A DNA stretch of 64,000 nucleotides from an uncultured bacterium (GTDB taxonomy: Bacteria; Hydrogenedentota; CAZGCA01), in NCBI GenBank assembly GCA_964524145.1, contig CAZGCA010000019.1:4133-68132 (forward strand), given 5' to 3'. The notes under the pieces were generated by a model, which was not told where the DNA came from, ran no database searches, and saw only the letters and a list, made by a program, of their open reading frames with translations. The translations under genes and the position numbers were made by a program. Shown piece by piece: positions 37,201-45,328 of the stretch (positions are counted from its first letter, which is position 1; each line of letters begins with the position of its first letter).

Positions 37201-39176
37201 AGAACCTTCGCTTCATGGGGAAAGACGTCATCCTGCGCTCGACCGACGCCTTAGATCCCGCTGTAGTCGACTCGACAATCATCGACGGCAGCGAAGCAGA
37301 TTCGGTGGTAACGTTCGGCGGCGCCGAATCACCTGATTGCGTTCTCTCAGGGTTCACCATCACGAACGGCCGCGGCTACTACGGCGGAGTCAATGGAAAT
37401 GGGACTCTGGCTACGATCGAGAACAACACCGTGTCGGCCAATTCCGCTTTTAGGATCTACAGCGGATGGGTTTATCTCGGCGGGAGGGGTGCCGGCCTCT
37501 ACGATTGCGACGGTACCGTGAGGAACAACACTGTCTCGGCTAACTCCTGTTCCGGAAACAATACTGCCGGTGGCGGGTTGTACGGGTGCGACGGCATCAT
37601 CGAGGCCAATACCATATCGGGTAACTCAGCCTTTGAAGGCGGTGGTTTGTACGATTGCGACGGCGTCATCGATGACAATACGCTGTCAGGTAACTCGGGC
37701 GGCAACGGTGGTGGCCTGTGCGAATGTGACGGCGTCATCCAGAGTAACACGATCTCCGATAACTCGGTTCGTGGCCGTGGTGGCGGGCTGTACAACTGCC
37801 AGGCCACTGTCCAGCAGAACATCATCTTAGGCAACTCCGCGGAGAACCACGGTGGCGGAGTTGACGGGTGCGACGGGACCATCCGGAACAACACGATCTC
37901 GGACAACTCCGCGGGATATGCAGGCGGCGGCCTGTGGGGCTGCCACGGCGTTGTCGAGAATAACACTATCTCGGGCAACTCCGCGAGCGACAGTGGCGGT
38001 GGGCTTTGGGCCTGCAACGGCACCATCCGGAACAACACGATCTATGGCAACCACGCCGACAGCGCGGGCGGCGGGCTGGCGTGGTGTGACGAAGCTGTTA
38101 TCAAGAACTGCGCTATCTGGCAGAATGCTGCGCCTGAAGGGGCTCAGTTGTACGAGTGCGTCGATCCTTCTTACAGTTGCATCCAGGACTGGACAGGTGG
38201 CGGGGAAGGAAACATCTCCGACGATCCATTGCTTGTAAACCCGGACAACGGCGATTTCCACCTTGATCCGGACTCTCCCTGCATCGACGGAGGCGGCCTT
38301 GTGGACGGTTTGACCGACGACTTTGAGGGCGACCCGAGGCCGATTGATGCCGTCGGTGACCCTCGCGGCGACGGTTCTGACTTCGACATTGGCGCTGATG
38401 AGTTCTCTGATGACATCGATTCGGACGGCGACGGGATAGTCGATGCCGACGAAGGGCCGGGCGATGCGGATGGTGATGGAGTTGCCAACTATCTCGACGC
38501 GGATTCGGACGGCGACACCGTTCCCGATGAGATGGAACGCGCGGACGATTCGGACGGCGACGGGCTTGCCAATTATCTCGACACGGACTCGGATGGAGAT
38601 GGCATGCCCGATGAGGACGAAGGCGCTGACGACCTCGACGGCGACGGAACGCCAAACTTCCTGGATCTCGACAGCGACGAGAACGGTATCGCGGATTCTG
38701 ACGAAGGCGCGGGCGATCCGGATCGGGATGGCATTCCCGACTACCGGGACCTCGACAATGACGGAGACGGCATCTCGGACAACGATGAAGGGACGGATGA
38801 CCCGGATGCTGACGGAGTCCCTAACTACCTTGACACGGACAGCGATGGCGACGGCATTCCAGACCTCGAAGAAGGCACCGGCGACCCCGACAACGACGGC
38901 ACGCCGAGCTATCTCGACACCGATTCGGACGGAGACGGCGCTTTGGACGTGGAAGAAGCCGCGTTCGGCACCGACCCATACGACGCGGCGGATTCGCCGT
39001 TTCCGTTTGGCGACGTCAACAGATCGCGCCGTGCGGACGCCATCGATGTCCAACTCGTGATCAATGCGATACTTGCCCTGCCGGTGGATTACGATTGCGA
39101 TATCAATGGGGATGGCGCGGTCAATGTCGCCGACCTGCAGCTTGCCATCAACGCGGCGCTGTGGATCGAATCCTAG
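34293..39176 (+). CDS. Giant (1627 aa) secreted protein: three tandem ~430-aa right-handed parallel beta-helix modules, TSP3-like Ca-binding repeats, C-terminal dockerin-like module
   Basis: Signal 'MNRHPILAAVVIALCPAAFA'. Three modules each start 'GTYYENLRF(P/M)GKDV(V/I)LRST...CVLSGFTITNG', followed by repeated 'NNTISGNSA..GGGL..C.G.I.NNTI' beta-helix rungs and a conserved 'C(I/V)QDWTxGGxGNIxDDPxF...DYHL..DSPCID.G' cap. Long run of 'DSDGDG.PD'. Ends 'CDINGDGAVNVADLQLAINAALW'. Confidence 0.85.
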   Translation: MNRHPILAAVVIALCPAAFADTWYVDAENSFPIQSGRSWTTAFTAIQAGIDAASDGDDVIVAEGTYVENVNFNGKNIVLQSTDPANPDVVANTVIDGERYSSVVTFSGEEAEECVLSGFTITCADSYWDYRRGISGNGTLATIENNTISHNLAMSLHYFFGEETMDNYGGGVCDCDGIIQKNTITRNAAGHSGGGLAYCDGIIRNNTISDNTAYGGDWFYGIVDGGGGALYSCNGTVENNIISGNSVDGTFSYGGFGGGLFECDGTVQNNAICDNSAYYGGGLYSCDGTVLNNTVTNNTAHGYGGGLYLSYGLISNCIVWANAAPDGAQLDNCSMPRYSCIQDWTEGGTGNIADDPRFIDLSAGDYHLQPDSPCIDTGNIDDLYVAAAAGCVNDIDGECRLAGGSVDIGSDEHNSPADTDGDLLPDSDEIALGLSPYDADTDSDGLMDGLELLRRTDPSSYDTPAGMVVLAGISSIQAALSLAFPSETIIVYPGTYYENLRFPGKDVVLRSTAPTSPGIVGSTIIDAGRNGPAVMFHGTESSDCVLSGFTITNGTASEGGGIRGYGTLATIEHCTISGNYSEDNGGGLYDCRGTIRNNIISDNSARYNGGGLSRCDGAIENNTISGNTADYEFGDGGGLHNCSGTIRNNTISENVAGVDGDGGGLFRCDALILGNTITDNWAEYGGGLADCNGTIQNNTIAGNSAGRNGGGLSGCDDAILNNTITDNSAANGGGLSRCNGAILNNTIAGNFAVYDGGGLDACSGAILNNTIADNSARTGDGLHRCDGFIANCIIWGDSPDSGPLFSSNMPLHSCIQNWTDGGAGNISDDPRFVDAPGGNYHLSSDSPCIDAGSLGHAYLPESWVGDIDGECRLAGSSIDMGSDEQNSSVDNDSDLLPDIDETASGSDPYNPDTDGDGVPDGLEVFRGTDPTVYTTASGISVPADLPSIQTAIMVAFPGELITVSPGTYYENLRFMGKDVILRSTDALDPAVVDSTIIDGSEADSVVTFGGAESPDCVLSGFTITNGRGYYGGVNGNGTLATIENNTVSANSAFRIYSGWVYLGGRGAGLYDCDGTVRNNTVSANSCSGNNTAGGGLYGCDGIIEANTISGNSAFEGGGLYDCDGVIDDNTLSGNSGGNGGGLCECDGVIQSNTISDNSVRGRGGGLYNCQATVQQNIILGNSAENHGGGVDGCDGTIRNNTISDNSAGYAGGGLWGCHGVVENNTISGNSASDSGGGLWACNGTIRNNTIYGNHADSAGGGLAWCDEAVIKNCAIWQNAAPEGAQLYECVDPSYSCIQDWTGGGEGNISDDPLLVNPDNGDFHLDPDSPCIDGGGLVDGLTDDFEGDPRPIDAVGDPRGDGSDFDIGADEFSDDIDSDGDGIVDADEGPGDADGDGVANYLDADSDGDTVPDEMERADDSDGDGLANYLDTDSDGDGMPDEDEGADDLDGDGTPNFLDLDSDENGIADSDEGAGDPDRDGIPDYRDLDNDGDGISDNDEGTDDPDADGVPNYLDTDSDGDGIPDLEEGTGDPDNDGTPSYLDTDSDGDGALDVEEAAFGTDPYDAADSPFPFGDVNRSRRADAIDVQLVINAILALPVDYDCDINGDGAVNVADLQLAINAALWIES

Positions 39177-39394
39177 GACGAGGTCCGAGAGCACGTCTTG
39201 CTAGTCGCCGGTAGCTCCCCTCCGATGCCTTGTTGTTTTCCGAGAGTCCTGGGACGTGAAACCGACCCCAATGCGAGAACAGAAGACAACAGGGAGAGGC
39301 AGCGACTTGCTGCGCCGTCCCTGCAAGGGTGCCCCTTGTGACCGCTCAAAGCTGGAAGGCCGGTCGGCGTAGGTCGGCGGGGCAAACGCAGGAT

Positions 39395-39423
39395 CCACCC
39401 GTACGGGAAAGCCCGACGGGTGG
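39395..39423 (+). terminator. Candidate intrinsic terminator or structured element downstream of the giant gene
   Basis: CCACCCGT-A-CGGG-AAAG-CCCG-ACGGGTGG: a 12-bp interrupted stem with an AAAG loop. Followed by TTTGTG, which is a weak U-tract. Confidence 0.35.
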
Positions 39424-39431
39424 TTTGTGCA

Positions 39432-39485
39432 GCGCAGCTTGGGCATCCCGCCCAAGGCTTCTTAGGCGAGAACCCCAAGCTGCGC
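39432..39485. other. Perfect 12-bp inverted repeat (GCGCAGCTTGGG / CCCAAGCTGCGC) around a 30-nt spacer
   Basis: Read directly from sequence. Lies between the candidate terminator and the nadX-rplU promoter. The spacer itself contains GCC-caa-GGC. Confidence 0.45.
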
Positions 39486-39526
39486 AATACAGGGACTACG
39501 GAACCGGCTCCATCCCGAATCGCATG

Positions 39527-39556
39527 TTGACAGGTTGATCGGGGTTGTGATAGTAT
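39527..39556 (+). promoter_or_regulatory. Sigma70-like promoter (TTGACA-18-TAGTAT) for the nadX-rplU-rpmA-obg-proB operon
   Basis: Perfect -35 at 39527-39532. The -10-like hexamer is TAGTAT (4 of 6 match TATAAT). About 120 nt upstream of nadX ATG 39677. Confidence 0.35.
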
Positions 39557-39676
39557 TCTCTCTAAAGAAACGTCGAGGGTGAGGTGTGTGCTCCGAACGG
39601 TGGGCCTTCAGGTTTCGAGGGCCCACAGTTTTTGGGCAAAACGGCGCGATTGACCAAGATACGCGAGCAACAACTG

Positions 39677-40495
39677 ATGAGAATAGGTATTGTCGGGTGC
39701 GGCAACATAGGCAGCGAGCTGTGTGGCGCTGTCCTTGATGGAAGGGTGCGCGGCCGTATAGTTGCGCTATCCGACACTGATAACGATGCGGCCGTGCAGC
39801 TCAAGGAGCGGCTCGGTGGCGAGCCGTCGATCGGCTCGATACGTGACGTGTGCGAACAGGTGGATTTTGTTGTCGAGTCCGCCTCAGGCGTTGCAGCACC
39901 CGAGGTCGCTCAGGCAGCGGTTGATAATGGCATCAACGCGCTCATAATGAGTTGCGGCGGGTTGTTGTCGCACCAGGATCTGTTCGACCAAGCGCGTGCG
40001 AAAGGGGTCGAGATAATCGTGCCCTCGGGCGCGCTCGTTGGGCTTGACGGTGTGCGCGCGGTTCGCGACAGCTGTCTTGAAGAGGTGATGTTGACGACTC
40101 GCAAGCCGCCGCGCGGCATCGCCGGGGCACCGTACCTCGAGAAGAAAGGTATTGACGTGACGATGATCAGGAAGCCGACGGTTATCTTCGAGGGGCCGGC
40201 GTCGGCTGCCGTCGAAGGGTTTCCGAAAAACGTCAACGTCGCGGCGGCGTTAAGCTTCGCATGTCTCGGGCCGGAACGAACCAAGGTGCGTATCGTGGTT
40301 GACCCGGCGGCGAGCGTGAATGTGCACGAAGTGGTTGCGAAAGGCGATTTTGGCACCATAATGACCCGGTCGGAGTGTTTGCCGTCGCCGCGCAACGCGA
40401 AGACGAGTTATCTGGCAATACTGAGCGCGATATCCGAGTTAAAGCGGGCTGCGGAAGCCTTTGCGAAGGCCTCGGCGGAATCGTCAGCCCGCTGA
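39677..40495 (+). CDS. nadX: L-aspartate dehydrogenase
   Basis: 'MRIGIVGCGNIGSEL' start typical of NadX. ~270 aa. The stop is 17 nt before rplU. Confidence 0.7.
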   Translation: MRIGIVGCGNIGSELCGAVLDGRVRGRIVALSDTDNDAAVQLKERLGGEPSIGSIRDVCEQVDFVVESASGVAAPEVAQAAVDNGINALIMSCGGLLSHQDLFDQARAKGVEIIVPSGALVGLDGVRAVRDSCLEEVMLTTRKPPRGIAGAPYLEKKGIDVTMIRKPTVIFEGPASAAVEGFPKNVNVAAALSFACLGPERTKVRIVVDPAASVNVHEVVAKGDFGTIMTRSECLPSPRNAKTSYLAILSAISELKRAAEAFAKASAESSAR

Positions 40496-40512
40496 TCGTG
40501 AGGAGAGAGCAG

Positions 40513-40824
40513 ATGTATGCTGTAGTCAGGACGGGTGGAAGGGATTGGAAAGTGATGACCGGCGATTCGGTCCGTGTTCCGAAACTTGACGCGAAGGTGG
40601 GCGACACGGTCGATCTCACCGAGGTGAAGATGTGCGTCAAGGAAGGCAACGTTATGGTAGCGCCTGAAGAGCTCGAGAAGGCCAAGGTCGTTGCCGAAGT
40701 GGTCGGTCATGTCCGGGGCAAGAAAGTCATAGTGTTTAAGAAGAAGCGCCGCAAAGGATACACGAGAAAACACGGCCAGCGGCAAGAGTACACAGACCTG
40801 TTGATCCGGGAGATCGAGTGCTAG
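40513..40824 (+). CDS. rplU: 50S ribosomal protein L21
   Basis: 'MYAVVRTGGRDWKV...' after the AGGAGAGAG RBS. 103 aa. Confidence 0.9.
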   Translation: MYAVVRTGGRDWKVMTGDSVRVPKLDAKVGDTVDLTEVKMCVKEGNVMVAPEELEKAKVVAEVVGHVRGKKVIVFKKKRRKGYTRKHGQRQEYTDLLIREIEC

Positions 40825-40854
40825 CTCGATCAGCCCGATTGGAGGTGTTGAAAG

Positions 40855-41112
40855 ATGGCTCACAAGAAAGCAGGCGGCAGTTCAAGAAACGGTAGAGACA
40901 GCCAGGCGCAACGGCTGGGGCTGAAGCTGTCCGGCGGCCAGCGTGTGTCGGCCGGCAACATCATTGTTCGTCAGCGCGGGACGGTATTCCTTCCGGGGCA
41001 GAACGTCGGCATGGGCAAAGACCACACGCTTTTCGCGCTCGCGGACGGGGTCGTGAAATTCGAACGCCAGGGTCGGCGCAAACAAAGGGTTTGCGTCGCA
41101 TCCGAGACATAG
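40855..41112 (+). CDS. rpmA: 50S ribosomal protein L27
   Basis: '[24 protein letters not shown]...'. 85 aa. Confidence 0.95.
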   Translation: MAHKKAGGSSRNGRDSQAQRLGLKLSGGQRVSAGNIIVRQRGTVFLPGQNVGMGKDHTLFALADGVVKFERQGRRKQRVCVASET

Positions 41113-41176
41113 AACTCCGCATTCTGCCCCCGGCGTGACGGGTTCGCTATTCCCACGAAATGGTGGTGTCTCCGGC

Positions 41177-42454
41177 GTGTTTATCGATAGAGCCAAGACG
41201 CGCGTTCGCAGCGGGGCCGGCGGCAACGGCTGCGTCAGCTTCAGACGAGAGAAATACGTTCCACGCGGCGGTCCCGACGGCGGCGACGGAGGGGACGGCG
41301 GCGACGTTGTGGTGCGGGCCGACGAGAGGGTCGCCACGCTCCTCGACTTCAAGTACCGCCAACATCAGCGGGCCGGAAACGGCCGCCACGGCCAAGGCAA
41401 GCTGAAGACAGGCGAACGAGGACGCGATAAGCTTGTGCGGGTGCCCGCCGGCACGGTCGTCAAGGACTTCGAAACGCAGGAGGTGCTGGTCGACCTATCC
41501 GCTCCAGGTATGGAGGTCGTGGTTGCGCCCGGCGGCCAAGGGGGACACGGCAACGCTAAGTTTACGACATCGGTCCAACGTGCGCCGCGGTTCGCCGAAA
41601 AGGGCGAACCGGGGATAGAGCGCATATTACTGCTCGAGCTGAAACTGATCGCCGACATCGGTCTGGTCGGGTTGCCGAACGCAGGCAAATCAACGTTGCT
41701 TTCCGCGACGACGGCCGCCCACCCGAAGGTGGCCGACTACCCGTTCACGACCTTGTCGCCACACCTGGGCGTTGTCCGGCTGGACTTTGACCAGGAGTTC
41801 GTCATTGCGGACATACCGGGCCTGATTGAGGGCGCCAGTACCGGAGCAGGGCTCGGGCACGATTTTTTGCGCCACGTCGAGCGAACCACCGGGCTGGTCA
41901 TCGTAGTTGACTCGAGCGATGCCGATCCGGTAGCAGCATACGAGACGCTTCTGAACGAGCTCGAGAAACATAGCCCGGCCCTGTTGGAAAAGAGCCGTCT
42001 TGTCGCCGCGAACAAGAACGACCTGCCGGGCGCCGAAGCCGGCATCAGGATCCTCAAGGACCGCTGCTCGGAGCAGGTGTTTCCGATATCGGCACTCAAG
42101 CGGGAAGGATTGATGCCGCTGTTGGGGGCCGCGTTCGAGATATGCCGGCAGGCAAAAGGGCCGGCGACGGAACAGGTCGAGAGGGTGGAACCCAAGAGGT
42201 ACGGGTACCGACCGCCGTTCTCGATCGAGCGCGAGAACAAAGCGTATCGCGTGTCGGGCAAGACTCCCGAACGGTTGTCCAAGATGACGGATTTTGATGT
42301 CCCTGAGGCAGTACAACATTTCGAGAAGAGGCTGAGAAAGATGGGCGTCTATAGGGCGTTGAAACGCGCTGGCGCGAAGGACGGCGACACTGTTAGTATA
42401 GGAGACCAGGAGTTTGAGTACCGAAGCGAACCGAGTAGACACGCTCGTCGTTAA
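41177..42454 (+). CDS. obg: GTPase Obg/CgtA
   Basis: Gly-rich Obg fold 'GGPDGGDGGDGGDVV', G1 'GLPNAGKSTLL', and a C-terminal OCT domain. The in-frame GTG at 41177 gives the canonical 'MFIDRAKTRV' start; the track ORF begins upstream at 41135. Confidence 0.9.
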   Translation: MFIDRAKTRVRSGAGGNGCVSFRREKYVPRGGPDGGDGGDGGDVVVRADERVATLLDFKYRQHQRAGNGRHGQGKLKTGERGRDKLVRVPAGTVVKDFETQEVLVDLSAPGMEVVVAPGGQGGHGNAKFTTSVQRAPRFAEKGEPGIERILLLELKLIADIGLVGLPNAGKSTLLSATTAAHPKVADYPFTTLSPHLGVVRLDFDQEFVIADIPGLIEGASTGAGLGHDFLRHVERTTGLVIVVDSSDADPVAAYETLLNELEKHSPALLEKSRLVAANKNDLPGAEAGIRILKDRCSEQVFPISALKREGLMPLLGAAFEICRQAKGPATEQVERVEPKRYGYRPPFSIERENKAYRVSGKTPERLSKMTDFDVPEAVQHFEKRLRKMGVYRALKRAGAKDGDTVSIGDQEFEYRSEPSRHARR

Positions 42455-43538
42455 GGTCGGCACAGCGTTGCTGACACCCAGCGGCGACAGGTTTGATGAA
42501 CACGTCGCCGAGTCGATCGTCGATCAGCTTGCGCGGCTTGTCAAGAGCGGCGTGCGGACGATCCTGGTATCGTCCGGCGCTATAGGCGGCGGCATGAGCG
42601 TGCTCGGCATCTCACAACGGCCGGACTCGCTGCCGATGAAGCAGGCAACGGCCGCAATCGGCCAGAGCCGTCTGATGCGCCTGTACGACGAGCTGTTTGA
42701 CCGTCACGGCCTGCACGTTGCGCAGATACTGGTCACCGCGTCAGACCTCGCCGACCGCCACCGGTACCTCAATCTGCGGAACACGTTGCAGTCACTGTTG
42801 CAATTGGGCAACGTCGTGCCGGTAATAAACGAAAACGATTCGATTGCCGTCGAGGAAATCCAATTTGGCGACAACGACACGCTCGCTGCCATGATAGCCA
42901 GCAAGATGGCCGCAGACATGCTGGTGCTGCTGACCGATGTTGACGGTCTCTACACGTCTGCGCCAAAGGGCAATAAGCGGGCATCGAAACTTGTGGTTGT
43001 GCTGCCACGTATAACCCCCGCTATCGAGAAGATGGCCGCGGAGACACAGAGCGAACGGTCGGTCGGTGGTATGACAGCCAAGCTCGAAGCGGCCAAGATA
43101 GCGACACGCTCAGGTGTCCGTGTCGTCATAGCCAACGGCAGACGAGAGAACGTAATTGAGGATGTGCTTGCCAAGCAAGCTATTGCGACGTTCATCAGTC
43201 CGCGGCCGAAATCGGTCTCGAGCCGCAAACGGTGGATAGCCTTCGGCATGAAAAGCCGGGGCAAAATAGTCATCGACGCGGGCGCCGTTGCCGCGCTCAA
43301 GACTCATGGAAAGAGCCTTCTGCCTTCGGGCATACTATCGGTCGAGGGCACGTTCAAGTTGGGCGATCCTGTCACTGTGGTCTCAGAACAGGGAGAGGAC
43401 GTCGCGCAGGGGCTCGCAAATTATTCGGCCGACGACGTGAAGAGAATCATGGGGATGCGCACCTCCGAGATCGAGTCTGTCCTCGGCCGCAAGGATTATG
43501 ACGAGGTGATTCATCGGGACAACCTGGTTACATTCTAA
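42414..43538 (+). CDS. proB: Glutamate 5-kinase with C-terminal PUA domain
   Basis: 'LVVKVGTALLT' and 'VPVINENDSIAVEE'. Apparent TTG start that overlaps the obg 3' end by 41 nt. Confidence 0.9.
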   Translation: MSTEANRVDTLVVKVGTALLTPSGDRFDEHVAESIVDQLARLVKSGVRTILVSSGAIGGGMSVLGISQRPDSLPMKQATAAIGQSRLMRLYDELFDRHGLHVAQILVTASDLADRHRYLNLRNTLQSLLQLGNVVPVINENDSIAVEEIQFGDNDTLAAMIASKMAADMLVLLTDVDGLYTSAPKGNKRASKLVVVLPRITPAIEKMAAETQSERSVGGMTAKLEAAKIATRSGVRVVIANGRRENVIEDVLAKQAIATFISPRPKSVSSRKRWIAFGMKSRGKIVIDAGAVAALKTHGKSLLPSGILSVEGTFKLGDPVTVVSEQGEDVAQGLANYSADDVKRIMGMRTSEIESVLGRKDYDEVIHRDNLVTF

Positions 43539-43632
43539 AAGTCAAAACTGACAACTGACAATCTATTCTCGTGGAAGTACGCGCTCGGATCGTTGCGCGT
43601 TAGACCCGAATCATGAAGGGGAGCAGAACAAG

Positions 43633-44655
43633 GTGAAGCGTTGGACACTCATCGGTGTGGTCGTTCTCGCGCTGGTCGTGTGGATCTGGTTCATGCTTCG
43701 TCCATCGCGGTCCGGACTGTTGTCCCAACCGGTAGTTGGCGAGGCAGCTTCTGCTCGTTCCGGTGTGCTGCGGCGAGACCCGCCACCTGAACGTCTATCT
43801 GCGGGACCTGCGGGAGCAACGGCGCAGAACAACTGTTCCATCTCGGGCAGAGTGTTGGACATGAGCGTATCCTACGCTCGCCCGACTCTCCTGCGGCGTT
43901 TGGGCTTGGGCAGGCTGAAATCTGAGCGTAACGAGCCCCTGACGGGTGTAAGAATACTTCAAAGACAGGGGAGGGAAGGACCGGTAGTTCGGAAAACCTT
44001 TACCGACGGGGACGGCCGGTATACATTCCAGGGACTCTCTGCAGGCGACTATACTATCGAGGCCGAGCCGCCGGCAGACGCCCTGAACTTCACATATCGG
44101 CCGCATACTGTCAGACTGCAACCGGGCGAGCACAAGGAAGATGTTGACTTCCACTTCAGGCTTGACAGCGTGGTAATGGCGGGACAAGTCACCGATACTC
44201 GCGGATATCCTATCGAAGGGGTTACAGTCGTTGCCGATCCCGTGATAGGGGAGTCTTATGCCGATGCGCGCAAGCCGGTCAGTGTGTTGACCGACGAGGA
44301 CGGCCGCTACCGGATCGAAGGGATTGTACCTACGCGCATGACAAGAGTGGCCTCGTACATCACGAAGGGCAGGAAACCGAAGCTGGCAACGTACGCCTTA
44401 CGTGCACGTGCTCACGGGTACACCGCAGTCGAAGTGATCGTTCCCTCGATTACCGATAGCCTTCTCAGGGAGGCTCAATCGCTTGGCTACGTTGACCCTC
44501 GTAGCTCTGCTGTGGCACCGTTACCAACAAGCTACGGGAACGTTATCAATATCGACTTTGTTCTTGAGAGAGAGGCGGCGGTTGTGGACAGGAACACGGA
44601 CGAACACGGACGGACACAAACGAAGGATGAACCATGGCGGCTGATGAGTCCTTGA
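43633..44655 (+). CDS. Secreted protein with two carboxypeptidase-regulatory-like (CarboxypepD_reg) beta-sandwich domains
   Basis: GTG start after GAAGGGGAG. N-terminal TM/signal sequence. 'DGDGRYTFQGLSAGDYTIEAEPP' and 'DEDGRYRIEGIVPT'. The 3' end contains CACGGAC repeats. Confidence 0.6.
   Translation: MKRWTLIGVVVLALVVWIWFMLRPSRSGLLSQPVVGEAASARSGVLRRDPPPERLSAGPAGATAQNNCSISGRVLDMSVSYARPTLLRRLGLGRLKSERNEPLTGVRILQRQGREGPVVRKTFTDGDGRYTFQGLSAGDYTIEAEPPADALNFTYRPHTVRLQPGEHKEDVDFHFRLDSVVMAGQVTDTRGYPIEGVTVVADPVIGESYADARKPVSVLTDEDGRYRIEGIVPTRMTRVASYITKGRKPKLATYALRARAHGYTAVEVIVPSITDSLLREAQSLGYVDPRSSAVAPLPTSYGNVINIDFVLEREAAVVDRNTDEHGRTQTKDEPWRLMSP
44590..44611. repeat. 22-bp direct repeat copy 1 (AGGAACACGGACGAACACGGAC)
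   Basis: Identical 22-mer recurs at 45038-45059. Built from GAACACGGAC decamers. Confidence 0.6.
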
Positions 44656-45296
44656 TCCCGCAGCACGGCGGTTACCGAAAGCTCAAGAGCTTTCAACTGG
44701 CTCAGTTGGTCTATGACGTAACGGTACGGTTCTGCGACCGCTACGTCACCCGCCGCAGCCGGACACACGACCAGATGGTCCAGGCAGCACGTAGCGGGGT
44801 GCAGAACATTGCCGAGGGAAGCCAGGCGTCCGGCACCTCGAAGAAGATGGAACTTAAGCTGACTAACGTTGCCCGGGCCAGTCTCGAGGAGTTGCGGCTC
44901 GACTACGAGGACTTCCTTCGCCAACGAGGTCTGCCACAGTGGCCGCCGGACCACCCGGCGCTGAAAAGCTTCAAAGCGCGACGCTGTTCGACACTGGACG
45001 AGGTACGCGCATGGGTTGAGGACGAGAAATCCAGGTTAGGAACACGGACGAACACGGACATACACGGACAAACCACACCCAGTAATGACCCGTCCGTGTC
45101 GGTCGGTGTCCGTCCGTGGCAGTCCGTGACATCCGCAGGTCTTGTCGCCGATGCGGTCTTGTCTCTCCTGAACGTCTGCTGCCACCTGCTCGACCGCCAG
45201 TTGGTCGCGCAGGCAGGGGCCTTCGAGCAGGAGGGCGGCTTCACGGAACGGCTCTACCGCCACAGACGACAACGGAGAAACCACACAGGAAGGTGA
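44634..45296 (+). CDS. Four-helix-bundle protein (TIGR02436 / 23S rRNA intervening-sequence protein / Avd-like family) with an in-frame repeat-encoded insertion
   Basis: Family-typical 'FQLAQLVYDVTVRF...VQNIAEGSQASGTSKKMELKLTNVARASLEEL'. Residues ~140-175 ('GTRTNTDIHGQTTPSNDPSVSVGVRP') are encoded by the CACGGAC/GTCCGTG repeat hairpin. Confidence 0.65.
   Translation: MAADESLIPQHGGYRKLKSFQLAQLVYDVTVRFCDRYVTRRSRTHDQMVQAARSGVQNIAEGSQASGTSKKMELKLTNVARASLEELRLDYEDFLRQRGLPQWPPDHPALKSFKARRCSTLDEVRAWVEDEKSRLGTRTNTDIHGQTTPSNDPSVSVGVRPWQSVTSAGLVADAVLSLLNVCCHLLDRQLVAQAGAFEQEGGFTERLYRHRRQRRNHTGR
45038..45130. repeat. 22-bp direct repeat copy 2 plus imperfect ~27-bp inverted-repeat hairpin (CACGGAC units vs GTCCGTG units), inside the four-helix-bundle CDS
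   Basis: Left arm CACGGACGAACACGGACATACACGGAC. Right arm GTCCGTGTCGGTCGGTGTCCGTCCGTG. About 23 of 27 positions are complementary. Confidence 0.6.
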
Positions 45297-45328
45297 CAAC
45301 TGACTATTCCGAAGAAAGAGGATGCGAC

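Noticed and set aside
22923-39176. Checked the tandem-repeat-rich regions for CRISPR arrays.
   Set aside because: Repeats are in-frame coding repeats (FG-GAP, beta-helix rungs, TSP3) of variable sequence. There are no spacer/repeat alternation and no cas genes.
37827-39194. 455-aa minus-strand ORF, plus others at 35441-36860 and 37499-38655, antisense to the beta-helix/TSP3 gene.
   Set aside because: Same artefact. The repeated NNT/GNS codons of the sense strand create open antisense frames. Translations are R/V/A-rich and unstructured.
44634-45296. Possibility that the four-helix-bundle (Avd-like) gene marks a diversity-generating retroelement.
   Set aside because: No reverse transcriptase gene, template/variable repeat pair or C-type-lectin target is visible in the flanks. 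The only repeats are the short CACGGAC decamers.
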